Below, in pieces: positions 1 to 12,900 of a stretch of 64,000 nucleotides of DNA. Source of the DNA: Trichosphaerium sp. ATCC 40318 (taxonomy: Eukaryota > Protista > Tubulinea); the NCBI GenBank assembly GCA_038496445.1, contig JALMLS010000450.1, positions 1 through 64,000 on the forward strand, given 5' to 3'. Made by a program: the position numbers and the translations under genes. The notes under the pieces were generated by a model, which was given only the letters and a program-made list of their open reading frames with translations, searched no databases and was not told the DNA's origin. Numbering within the stretch: position 1 is the first letter of the stretch; each line of letters starts with the position of its first letter.

Positions 1-928
1 CAAACGCAAGGAACAATAGAAAAAACCTATCTTACTATTATCTGGATATTATATCCTTGATCAACCATTTCAGTAAGCCTTCTGTATGCTTCTGTCTTTA
101 CAACATATTCGGCATATAACTTGCAATATATCTTTGCACGTGCATCCATGTATTCAAGCGTTCACCACCCCAATAGGAAAATAGAGTCTTAGCACCCTTT
201 TTGACATACCTAGTAAAGTAATAAGCAAAACTAATCCATGAGTAGTAAACTAACCTTGTTCCTTTAGGATTTGCAAATCCTTCTTTTCTTCTTGTAAAAA
301 AAATTTCCTTAATCTCATCTGTTTCTTCATCTACTTCACCTTCCCATACCTTACTGAACTGCCAAAGGTTTTCTAAATACATATATAAGTATTTGCATCC
401 TACTTATAAACAACAATACAAGAGAGCAACCCAAGTTCTAAGCACAAATGATATTAGTGAAAAAAAATTAAGAAAAAAACAAGTTTATCTTTTTTTTGGA
501 CATACTGTTGCCTCTGGTGCCTTCTCATTGTTTTATTGGTCCTAGTTTCATAGGAGATAGTAATTTATAACATCCCGGAGCTGCAGAGCAACAATTAATA
601 TTCTAGGAAAACAATCAGTGAAAGTCTTCAAATCATTAAATTCGTTCAACTAATATCTCTTCTAAAAGCACAAAAAACTCTAATTTACCTTATATCCGTC
701 TACTTTAGGCCAAGGCTTTCCTCTCCTTAGAGCGTTAGCACGTATACTGCCCTTGATCCCTTTTTCGTTATTTTCTTTTTGTGTTTTCTCTATTGTCAAC
801 GCGTGAGCCTCCAGAGCTTCTTTTAGCTTCTGTTTATGCGCAATTTGTTCTTTTGTAAGCGGTTTTTTCTTCGTTGTTTTCCGTTTCTTTGCTGTTCCTT
901 TGCTAGCCATAGTAGCTTTTCTTTTCAT
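1..928 (-). pseudogene. Frameshifted, intron-containing DUF6939/NADAR-like gene with Lys-rich (NLS-like) N-terminus; runs off the left edge
   Basis: Manual splicing gives GSIRANALRRGKPWPKVDGYK|NINCCSAAPGCYKLLSPMKLGPIK-(fs ~531)-NEKAPEAT|NL|ENLWQFSKVWEG...KGTR|YVKKGAKTLFSYWGGER-(fs ~157)-EYMDARAKIYCKLYAEYVVKTEAYRRLTEMVDQGYNIQII. The LSP-x-x-LGP, ENxWQFSKV and YxxARxKIY motifs match my recollection of DUF6939-type phage/giant-virus/bacterial proteins. Introns are GT-AG. Confidence 0.6.
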
Positions 929-1333
929 TGAGAGCTATTGACGCGTTTGTGTCGCTTTACTTGTAATAGTAACTTAGTTAAGCATAGAAAAGTTGACAAC
1001 TTTTTTCAGCATCACTGACTTGACTTTTATTACAAGTTTTGCATTACTTTGCACGGTTTCAAATTCTCAGATGGCAAGGAGAAGTAATTGTATATCATTC
1101 ATAGGTAAGAGCGTGTCTGTTATAGATTCTCAGTCTATTCTTGTGCAACAACTAGTCACTGAAAGTATATGAAGTAACAGCCGCAATTCCTCGACTCTGA
1201 GTCTGTTTAGATGTTCATGTTCCCTGACACCTATCAGTGAGACTCGCTTGTTTAGTATTTGATTTAAAATAAAGGACAAAGTAAATTGGTACTACGTGGA
1301 AAGGTAAAGTCAACAGATTTAATGACACATGTT

Positions 1334-3413
1334 TTATGAAAATAGATCTTTCCAAGATACACGGTTTTTTCTAGCCTCTTCTTTTGCTTTTTCTTCGTCC
1401 CTCATACTCTTTAATAAATGCTTATAGTCATCAGAAGATTCTAATCCTTTAACAAAATGATTGTACAAAGGATTAGTATCTCGGAATTTTCTTAAAAATC
1501 TATATGCCATTGGGAAGTTAACACTGCTAACGTAGTTATGTGTTACAGCAACTAAGATAACCATAAGATAAAACATCAAGTTATGATATCTTTAAAATCA
1601 AATAATCGAAAAAATCACGTGCGTGTATCTGTGAGATTAAGCACCATGTGCCACCAACCGGCAGGGATAAAAACAATCTCACCTAGAACATTATTTTAAA
1701 AACAAAGAGTACTTCAAGTTCAAAGTGTACCTGCATGCTGTACAAACTCTACTGGTTTCATACGCCTCGCTTCTTCGTAATACGTAATAAACCACTCTAT
1801 TACAGTGTCTGCTTGACACGAAAAACAACCATCTTGATCTGCAACGACACCTAATTCTCCAAAAATAAGCCAATTGCTAAGCATTCTAAGTTTGTTACCT
1901 GGTGGCACTTGCTGTGGAGGGAATAACAGCCACTTTTTTTGACCAGATATTAAAGCATTCCATGCGCTAGTACAATCAGGATCTTGGTGAAAAGTAGAAC
2001 CTACTAGAAAGTTAACACAAAGACCTAAACATAAAGCCAAAAAAGTTCCATACCTGATCTTGGGGCACCCATAAGAAGCCATCTCCAGTCTGGCCTATCT
2101 TTCCCAAGTGTGGAAAATATATCCTCTGTAAACTGTGGAGGTACTTTGTAATCAGAAGCAAGCTCTGGATATCGTGTTGCAAATTTATCACAAAAAAGAT
2201 AGATTGGATCATCACTTGAAATCTGAGCTAACCATGTTGATTAGAGTCAAAGAAGAAAACAGCAATATGCCAACGTTCAACATGTAGGACGAAGAGAGTA
2301 TGAGTTGGTATTGAAACCGGACGGGCGTACAGCTATAGTTTATGTAGTCAACAAGTTGCATCTCAAGCTTTTTACCATTAACTTCGCAACCAGTTTTAAA
2401 GTACTTTTCTCCATAATTTGTAGTCAGGTACTCCTTACTCCACTTGTTTGTTGCTGGCCACCTTTATACCATAATAAGCGATCATATGCATACGTAAATC
2501 ATCTACATACTCTTTTGTTGCATTCGTGAGAACTACAGGGATAGTTGGTACTTCATAGTCTTTACGAAATGCATCACAAGAAATTTTAGCATCAACGCGC
2601 TTGATTGTATTGTTGTCTAGTAAAGATAAATACTTAATAGCTATACTACTAATAGAAGTACGCATTGCAATACGTCGAAGGCTGAAAGAAAAAGTGCAAG
2701 GAAGTGATCTTGAATGCTTCCTTTGCGAAACAGCTTTTGTAAATTTTGTTGCAATAATTATTAAAACACGTGACATATCACGTGACGTACCTTGTGACCA
2801 TTTTAAAAGGTCTACATGCGACCATGCATAAGACATGTATAGAACATCAGAATAAAAGTATCTCAGAGTAAGAGATACACCACTGCTTTCTTTATCAGGA
2901 GCGTTCAATACTGTCCTAACAAAGTTAAATCAACATTGCTAGTTTCTTGTGTACATCTTCCACGAGTTTTTAAAATGAAGTCTACGGTCTGGAGAACGTA
3001 ACCATATTGTTTTCCAGAGGTCCTCGACTTGAGAAAAGACGTAACAAACGGGACTCGCTTGAGAAAATTTGAGAAGAGTTGAAGTGTCAAGAAGTCTACG
3101 AAATAGTCATTAAATAACGTAAATAGAGCGTATTGCGATATTTTCTTTGAGTTTAAACGCGTACTTGAGTGTATTAATTAAAACGTCATCTGATAAGCTT
3201 GATAGTGCCCCTAGTCCATTCAAACGCGTAATGTGGGCATTTCCAGGGCAAAGTAACTGGTTTCCTACTGGCTGAACTCCATATGGATTCTGCGTAGCGG
3301 CTAGCGCTGTATTTTACGGTAAATAGCAACATTAATAGCAGGGAAAGTGTACCTGGGTTTTGAAACCGTTTATTGCTCTGCTTTGCCTCTAATGGACTAG
3401 CGTTGCGCTTCAT
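1334..3413 (-). CDS. JmjC-domain (JMJD6-like) 2-oxoglutarate/Fe(II) oxygenase, probably with N-terminal F-box; multi-exon
   Basis: Exons encode FHQDPDCTSAWNALISGQKKWLLFPP (HxD), VEFVQHAG|EIVFIPAGWWHMVLNLTDT|LAVTHNYV and FRKDYEVPTIPVVLTN. ATG at 3413. Confidence 0.85.
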
Positions 3414-3848
3414 TGCAGAATATAACGTAATAGACGCCCTTTTACCTTCATTGACACAAAATGGCACGAAAAGAGAAATAAAGGTTCCAAATGTCCAATT
3501 ACAAACAACGTAGCGGGATGTCTCTCCATTTGATTTCAAGCACGTGCCTTTGTAGTGCAAAACAAACTTGATGCTACAATATTGTTGCACAACGCGCACT
3601 TCGTTTCGAGGTGTGACACTCTTTTGACCGCAATTGAATAGTTGAAGCTCGTGCAACAAAAGTTGACTTCTATTTTTGTAATCTAACTAAAAAAAGTGTT
3701 ATTATCGGGCTCATTTTTCACTGGTGCAAGTATCTCTAATCTCAATAAAACATTTGCTATTAATGTTGCCTAAACGAGAAACTAGAATTCTGACTTGACT
3801 TAAAACAAAGAAATAATTCTTCCCGCTTTTAAACGTTGAACAACAAAT

Positions 3849-4589
3849 ATGCATGGTCTTTTCAGTCTTCCATTTGACATGCTTTACTACGAGATTAAAC
3901 AGCATTTTGATACAGCTTCATTATTGACGTTTAGAACACTAAATAAACATGCAAAGAGCCTTGTAAGTGATGATTTCAAGCAATTATACGAAAATGGTAA
4001 TGCCGGTTGGAACGCATACTCTCACTCTTTAAGAATGGATGTTTTTAATAAAACAAAAAGCCCTTGTCTTACTGTAGAGAGTATGCACCTACTACATGCA
4101 GACTCAACAGTAGAAACAAAAAAGAAGCATATAGATATAGTAATGATTTTAAGAGTAAAAAGTAAACAAGTACAAAGAGGTGCAAACTTTAAACTTGTAA
4201 TGTCATTTGATAATTGGAAAACTGTTGAAATGACATCATGTGATTGGTTCACAAATGTTTCAGTTCTAGACGAAGAGAATGGTTCAGCAGAGCATTCAAA
4301 TACTACAATAGAAGAGAGCACATACCAACTATGGAAAGCGCATGTATATAGATACGGTGTCGTATCAGCACTACCCAAACTCAATTTCTGGTATACTCTT
4401 CAAGCACGCAATATGGAAGAGGATACTTGGAAAAGCATTGAATGGAATGTACAACCATCAAACTTAAGTAGAGTATTCTATGTTGACGCTGGTGAGAGAT
4501 TCAAAATGAAATACGACAACAAAAAGAAACTGTGGCATGGTGCTTACATCAAAAATGAAAGAAAAAGAAATTTCAGACAACTGATGTAA
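3849..4589 (+). CDS. Single-exon F-box-like protein with a CBM21-like (glycogen/starch-binding) domain
   Basis: 246-aa ORF. N-terminus LFSLPFDMLYYEIKQHFDTASLLTFRTLNK is F-box-like. LRVKS...FKLVMSFDNWKT resembles the CBM21 core (VRyTFDxWkT). AATAAA follows the stop. Confidence 0.55.
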   Translation: MHGLFSLPFDMLYYEIKQHFDTASLLTFRTLNKHAKSLVSDDFKQLYENGNAGWNAYSHSLRMDVFNKTKSPCLTVESMHLLHADSTVETKKKHIDIVMILRVKSKQVQRGANFKLVMSFDNWKTVEMTSCDWFTNVSVLDEENGSAEHSNTTIEESTYQLWKAHVYRYGVVSALPKLNFWYTLQARNMEEDTWKSIEWNVQPSNLSRVFYVDAGERFKMKYDNKKKLWHGAYIKNERKRNFRQLM

Positions 4590-4785
4590 AAAAAACCAAT
4601 CAGTATACAACAGTGTAAATAAAAAGTACTGGTACCAGTACAATGTAATAGCATGTTTATCATAGAAGCTTTTTTTAATGTTTTTTTTTTTTTTGGGTTC
4701 TTTACAATGACTGTTTTTTGCATATCCAAATGAAACCGCGTTCCTTTCACTTCCGCGGGTATTGTTGCTGTTAAATTAACTTTTT

Positions 4786-6800
4786 TTAATTAGTAGGTTC
4801 ACTTTCAGTCTTTGATGCTGCTTCAGCTGCCATTCTAGCCTTGTTAAGGGCTGATAGAGCGACTACATGTGGAGAAGTCATTTTAGTCTTCAATTCTTCG
4901 ATTTCGCTCTTCAAGTTGTTCCACTTCTTCCAGTTGAATCGAGATTTAACGTACAAGTGTCGTACACGACGCTTTTGGAGTCTCAAGAATAGATCCTCGT
5001 ACTAAACAAAAAACAATGTAAGCGAACTGCCAAAAAAAAAACAAAAACAACTACGTACTGTATAATCTTGTTGAGTGAACATAAAGAAAAAGTAACCAGC
5101 AATAGTAGTTGCAAGTTGAACAAAGTATGTAATTGGTTCGACAATATCCCAGTTAAAGTCAATCCTAGAAGAGTCCAATGAATAAAAATACCAAAAAATG
5201 AAAAAAAACCCACAACAAGAATCTACAAAACAACGTACCATACAAAGCGTGCCAATACACCAAATTGGACAGTCAAGTAAGTCATACCAAGGAACTTAAT
5301 TCTAAATAAAAGTGAATTAGAACTAATACTACAAAAACAGCGAAAATGGCGTACAAGTTTGCGTGGTTTAGCGCTTTACGGTCTAGAGTATTTTTGAATT
5401 CATCCAAAGGGCTAAAAGAGAGTTTAATAAACAGGAACATCGATACTTGTCACATTGTTAACGTACTTGAATTGCTCCTCTAGTTGCGTTAGCTCAGCTT
5501 GAAGGTGAGCTTGGTTTTTGCTAATATCGGTTAGAAACAATCAAATCCGCTTTAAAGAGATATTGTACCTGATAAGCTGGGAGAATACATCCTTGTTGAG
5601 GATTTGGAATACTTCAGCAGGCTAGAAAATACAATTAGATACTTAATTAAAGTACACGTTTTAAATGTTATTTTCAAAACTAAAAAAAGGTTTGTACCCT
5701 GATAAACAATGTTTGCTTCAATTGAGGGTTATCTTTGTAATGAAGGACATCTCCAGCAAGGTGAAGAGCATCACAAAGTTGGTGGGCTTCGCCTAAGAGT
5801 AAAATATTAGGAGCTGCATTACGCTAGCCATCAAAAAACTTTTTTCTTTTTGTTTGTTTGAAGCTTTTTTACTTACTTGGATCCAAACCGAAGGTATCAC
5901 ACAACTCAACGTATTCATCGTATGGCATATGTATACGTGGATCAGATTTTAATCTTTGACGAATAGCTACGCTAATTCCTGAAGAGTTGTCAGAGAAATA
6001 CGACAAGAATTAAAACGACAAAAAAATCAAAACCCTTTTGGTTCATTTTTTACTTCCGTACCTTGTCGGATGAGCGTTAGGACTTCAATGTTACCGAGTG
6101 CAGTATCATCTTTGCATCATAATTAGTTTTAAAGCTTGTTAAACGAGATTTTTCTTTAACGATTTTTCAAAAGCGCTTAAAGTACACTGAATAGGACCAA
6201 AGTTGCGCTTGTAATAAGATTTAGCGATAAATCGTACCGAAAGCTTTGTTTGGGAGAAGCTCTATCTTTTTGTCGTCCAACTGAATAACGAATTTTTCGT
6301 CTAGAAGCGTTTCCATGAGAGTACAATGAGATATCCTGTTGTCTGGTAAACAAAAACCTCGAAGTTCTCGTGTAACCGCCCTTATCGGTTTTATTCTACG
6401 TACCTCTCGCCTCCAACGGTGAGTGCGGTTACTTCTTGAAGCTGTTCTCCCTCCTCGCGAATGTTTTTTAGTAGAGTACCAAGTGACGTCTCTGGGTACA
6501 CCGCAAATTCAACAGTTTTGTTTTCTGCAACGGGTAGGGGTATCGAGGCAACTCCGCGAACGCGATGCCCGACATGAACTTGTGAGACACCAGGGGATCC
6601 AGTAACACTTTCTGTAGCGGCGCCAGTACTTTGTTGAGCGGCTAACTCTTTTGTTTAATTTAGGAGATGTACAACTGTATAGTACCAGCAGCAGTAGTGC
6701 AAAAGCGAGGTTTCGTCGCTATCCGTAATTGTTTGGCAGCGTTAGCATTTCGGCCGCCAGCGCTTTTGAAACGAAGAAAGAGAGTCTGTGAGCGCAACAT
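4786..6800 (-). CDS. MCU: Mitochondrial calcium uniporter; multi-exon
   Basis: Pore motif FNWDIVEPITYF followed by a hydrophobic helix and a C-terminal coiled coil. The first exon from ATG 6800 encodes an Arg-rich, acid-free presequence, MLRSQTLFLRFKSAGGRNANAAKQLRIATKPRFCTT. Confidence 0.9.
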
Positions 6801-6985
6801 TCTAGTATTAAACGGGGTTTACAGGTCGCCAGCCAATTCAAGACAATGTCGTCACAAAAAGTCAAAAAAGATACAAAAAAAATCAATACTCGATTTTTCG
6901 CCTTTGATTTTTTTGCAGTAAAGTCTATCTCTCCCACGCGCTGGCACAATTCAAAAATGCTCATACATTGGTGATTTCTTAGCGA

Positions 6986-9900
6986 ATGGAAACCCCGTTA
7001 AACCTTAATATTGAGGGTACACCATCATTCCATACTGTGGTGCCCGATCTACCTCCCGTGTCACCTCGATTTTTTACAAATAGCGCATTGGCGAGTCCAT
7101 TACATGCGCATCAAGCCAAAGAAGATAATTTCATTGAGAAACTTCTTCTAGTCGAAGATGAGCCCTCTGGAGACCTGTTTACCTTTCTATTCGAATTGGC
7201 AAGTACAAATTCCTTTTGACACCTTCTAACGCCACCAAAGTGGATAGAGTTTTGTTATCGCGGGCCATCTGACGTTGAAGAGCTTGATTTTTTTTACATT
7301 CTATTCAAACTCGTTGTAGATTGTGAAACGTACGCCCTTTAATTTAGTATTAGCGACACATAGCCTTTTTAATACTGTAAACGAAATCTTAGAGCCAAGT
7401 TTCAAAAAAAACCGCAAAAAACCCTATTTGACACGACATCAGGCTCCGTCGTATTACAACGCGACCGAAAATATAACCATAGCATTTTGAACGTTTAAAA
7501 CCTCTACAAAAGAAATAACAGCTGAGATTTTTTTTGTTTTTAGAGAGCTTCAGATTACAGCACTTCAACAGATACATCGACTTGTTGAGCAGTCTGTAAT
7601 CATGCAATATGTTACGCGTAAGAGGTGGTTAGATAAGCTGTTGATGTTACTACCAATACTTGCACAGTCTGACAAGACACTGAGTGCGTTCTTGTTTCTC
7701 ATTTTTTTTTATGTTTCTTTTTGTAGAAGTTCGAACCGGGTTATCTCTTTTCGTATTTTATTCTCACGCGCTAATTCATTGTTTTTGTACAGGTGAGGTA
7801 TTTGGTATTGCACGTACACTTTCAGCATTCCATATAAATGTCAGACAAGTGAAGATAATATTCAAACTATTTCAAAGCAAACAGAGTAAATTTAAAGTGT
7901 TCTACTGGACTCATATATTTCGTTTATTAACAAAAATATGGAGTAAAGGAGAAAAAGGACCTTCTGTATTTATTAACTTCTCTGGAAGCTCATCAGTAAG
8001 CAAATTAAGTCAAACATGTGCTTTTTTTTTCTTACAAGAAAACTTTTAGGGTTTAGAATTACCTTCTATAAAGTGGCCTTCGAAGGGATACACTTTTTGT
8101 ACTTGGATACTAGTGGATTCGTTCACATCACCTTTTCTAAATTCAAGCGCTACATATGCACCACATATATACAGGTACGTACTGCTTAGTGTCCTATGAG
8201 TGGATGTATAAAAGTTAACAATGTATACAGCTTAGTTACTGAAACTGGTTTGGGTGTTGAAGTTTATTTCACGTCGACTGGACATCTAGTTGTTTCAACT
8301 ATAAACAGTCTAGAGAAAACTTCTAAAAATCAACGTGTTGTTGTAAAGTACAAGTTCGAACAAAGATCGTGGTAAGGCTTAGCACGTGTACTTTTTATTA
8401 TCTCATGGATTTTTATCAAGGACGTTTCTTGCGCTTCAGCACGGCTATAGTTGGCTTACAAGAAGTGAATTAAAGGTTATAATTGATGGAGAATTGGTGC
8501 AGACATGCCCATTGACATACCCAAAGACAGATAAGGCAAGCCTAATTTATTTTTACCAGTCAACCTTTAGTCTCACAATCCTCTAGACTTTCAAAAAATG
8601 TCATTTTGGAACATCTTCGTTTTCTCCTGGAAACCCTGCAAATTGTCTTCGTGGTGCAACATCAGGATTTGTATTTTTTAATGAAGTCATAAGCTTAAGC
8701 GAAGTATCTCAATTATACATGAGAGGTAACTTTAATAGGAAAAAAAAAGTTGTTGTGTTCGGTACTGGTTGAGTTCTTATTTTCTTATAATTAGGTCCTG
8801 TGGCCTTCTACACTACTCAAGCATTTGATGTAAGTATCGAGTATGCATTATGTTTTAAACTCATAGGGTACATAGGATATAAATGGTAATTGGTCAATGC
8901 CAGGATTTTTAGGACGTAAGTGTTTTAAAGTATTTTTTGTTGGAGTTCAGTAAGATTAATAGTTTTTTAATAGGCTCTAATTTGGGACAAAGTCCAAAAA
9001 TATTGCTTATGTATAGCGCTAAGGTATGTTGTTCACTCTTGGCGGGAGTATAAAACTAAATGGAGAACCCTCAAAGGCCACAGATGCTCAAAGATGCCTT
9101 GATCCATACTTTCTTGATCCTTATCGTTATGCTTCTATGTTACAAGGTGTTGCTGTTCGAAAAACATCCGGGATAAAGAATTCTCTATTTTGCGTTGGTG
9201 GCATAAAGGTATAAATAGCAAAACACGCGTTGATCGTTGTGGGTTTATGTTCTTTCTTTAGATTTTTTTGCCACTCTTCTCAATGAATTATCGGCCGAAT
9301 GATTCAAAGGATGTAGACCTTAATCTTCAAGTGATAACTCTTATTACTACAGTCGTAGAAGTAAGACATACTCGTAATGTAGTATGACGTATATTAATCT
9401 TTCTTACAGGGTGATACATACTATCAAACGGAAATGATACAGTCGAATTTTTTTGAGATTATGGGTTTTCTTCTCTCGAATATTGATTTCGTAAAAGTCA
9501 ACACATGGTCTCCACAGGCGATATCATCTTTAGAAAAGCTTGCTTCTGCAATAAGTGATAATGGTAAGTATTCTCACATGAAGAGTTTATGCTAAATCAG
9601 TTGCGCCTAGACCTGCTATTTCGTCAATTTTTCAGAAATATTTACCTCAACTTTGACATCTGGGCATTCACTGACTTCTCTGTCCAAACTTCGCTCCTGA
9701 GAGCTATAAAAGAGCATATTAAACTCAAGAAAGAGGTACTGTTAACAGTTACTAAATGAGCCTTACACTTTCTAAAGCTACGCGATTTGGTTTCTGTAAA
9801 AGAGATACTGGATGTTCTCCTTGAACACTACTCTGATAACTCAGATATGAGACGCCCTATGGACGATAGACAGCTATCTAGCTTGCGTTTGCTCCTTCTA

Positions 9901-12900
9901 GAGATTGCTAAGGAACTCATTGGAAAGGGAGCACTCACAGCAAAGGATACAAGGTTCATAGTATTGTATCTCCACGAAGAAGTACAAAAAGTGCGTAACA
10001 ATTTTTCTTCACTTATTTCTCACTCTTTTTTCAACAGGATTCTGAAAAGCAACTGTTCATAGATGTGCTACAACTCCTTCTTGTCTGTCTAACAGAACAT
10101 ACAGATATTGTTTACAATAATGTATTACAGCTTGGTGGAGGTATATCTCCATTTTTTGCTCTGCTACAAGCCAAGTCTGAACGTGCACGTGTTTGGGCAC
10201 TTAAGATTATTGGAAAACTACTTGGACATTCATCAAAGCTTCAAGTTATTCCTGATTTTGACTTTTTGGCTATCAACTATATATCAAAGAACAAGGGCTT
10301 CGCGTTGAGTACACATAAGACGTTAATGGAACTTGCACTTGATGTTATTTCTGTAACAACTGTTACTAGTCCTATTGATTTGATTCAACTTAATATGGAC
10401 AATGCCAATAGTGTTGATGTTCCAGTTGTTCGTTATCCAAAGATCCTTAGAGTTTTATTAGACTTGGCTAGTAAGACAAAAGAAGTAAAATTAAAGACGT
10501 ACGTTATTTGTTGAGTGAGAGGCAGGGCAGGAAATCATGATCTAAGACTTTTTACTTATTTTATTTTTCATAGTAAAGTAATCAAAGACGTCATGTTTCT
10601 TATGGTTCATTCCCATGCTAATCGAACTATTTTAATCACTGACAATGCTTGGCCTGTTTGGATATTACAATTCATATCTAACTCTGTAAGTTCTCGAAAG
10701 GGATAACGTACAAGGGTTGTTTCTGATACCAAAACCATTTAGGTTGATGAAGATGAATTACAACTACGAAAGATTATTGCAGAGTTCATGTCGGTTATGG
10801 TCCTACATCTTTTTGATACAGTATGAAATAAGAAAACTCCAAGTACTAATGTTATTATTAGGCCGATGGGTTCAGACATATTCTTCGTATTGTAGCAATA
10901 GTAAAAGATCAGAAATACAGAAAGTTAGATAAACCAGAAAAGCTTTTACTTAGTATACATCAGCATGTCTTACGCATGTTACAAAACCATCCTGTATGTC
11001 ACCTTATATTTAATATTTAATGTCGTATTTAATGTTCTATTTCTAGAATATTCTGGTCCGTGCAAAGCAAGATATTAAAATTTGGTTCAACCTTGCGAAT
11101 TGGTTAAGTCTTTTCGAAGAAAGCATTTTTTTACCTCCACCACAAGAGGGAGAAGAAGATAAAACAGTTAAACTCCCTACAGAGTGTACGCTATTATCAT
11201 CGTTGGTATTAAAAAATACAGTTACCTGATTGTAAGCTGTAGTACGTCATGTTTCGAAAGAAGGACTTTGGGAAGATTTTCTGGTCGCTCAGAATTTCTT
11301 GGATTTCTTGGACTCCTTTAGTGTTATAAGATTTTCAGAAGATATGTTGGGTACTGTACAAAGAAGAAGGTCTAGTATAACAGTACGTATTAAACTCATT
11401 ATATACGCATCTATCCTATATATTCTATATTTATTATGTAACTTTTTTTTCTTTCAAAAAAGAACTCCTCAAACTCGTTATACACTCCAAGACGTAAAAC
11501 TATTGGCTTGTCTCGGGCTAGAAAACATCGATCTGAAATCATTAACGCACGTGTCGCTATATATTTTTACAAAGTTGTATTTATACTTGTGAGGTGTCAC
11601 GTTTTGTTGACTGTGCTATTTAGAACCGCTTGATGGCTCCAAATCAGTCTAAACTCAAGCTCTCAAGGCCTGCAATTACAGAGTTAATCAATAGATTAGA
11701 ACGGTTACAATTATTACTTGTTGCTCATTCACTAGAAGAAGCGGGTATGTTACTTGAACTTGCGAACTTGTTTGTTGTATTTTTTTTTTCTTGGGATTTT
11801 TGTTTGCTAAAGGCTTTCTTTTATAGGAAGTTTCAGGAGTTCTAAGGATGTTAGAGATGTTAAAAAAGCTTTTAGTGATTTGACATCTTTGATTCATAAA
11901 CATTTTACTACAAATCGTGTTAGAAGCTCACTTGATCAGTTCTTACAACGTAAAGAGAGAAAATTATTTTCACGTGTTACAGATATCACTGAAGTTTTAA
12001 AAAAGAACATCAGCAGGTATGTACAAAAAACTGATTTGCCACTTTTTACAGTCACTCAATTCTTGTACTACCCATTGAAACGGCAAGCCATTTCAATTTA
12101 GCGTAGACGAGTAACATAAAGTTCTTGTTTTTGTTTATCATTTTAAATGTAAAGCTAAGTGATAATCTAGGTTGCGTAGTACACTCTTGAAACTGTATAA
12201 CCCTGATTCTACACTTCTTACTATTCATTTCTTGGTTACTTACGTACTATACTTAATGAAGAAACCTGAATACAAGGATGGTAATATTGAGTTTGAGTCG
12301 AATATTTATTTACTTTGGTTTACTTTTTTATGTAGGTCTTGCTGAAAAATTACTTGCGGACTTATTTGAAGAGATTTCTGTGCTTGCGCGAAATACTCTA
12401 GCTGACTCAAGCTTTTACGAGACAATTGCAAACATGGAGGACGCAGAGATTGCTAAATTTATGTCCGAGACGCTAGTCGATGCAGCAAGGGTTCGTTTGA
12501 ATTTTTTGACTTTGACAGAGCTAACTTATGTTGGTAAGGTTGCTAATCAGATGAGCGAGCACATTGGCCAAGGCACGTGTAATTTATTAGTTTTATGCTG
12601 CTTGTTTTGCATTATGTTTAGCTAATTGGTATAGGTTCTACGTCATGGATATTGGCGGCAGTAGAGCGAAGAAGAAGTCTTTGCCAAGAATCTTCAAGCA
12701 ATCGTAATAATGTTGTGAGGCGGATAAATCAAAAGTCTGAAGCTGAAGGTGTAAGACAATATCATAAACTAGAACGTATGAAAAAGATATGGGATAATCT
12801 TTGTTCTGAAGTAAGTTGTTGATAAGAAACTAAACAAAAAGTACTTACTTTTTTCTGCAGGCGGACGCTCACAAACATCTCGTAAAAATCCGAAAGTTAC

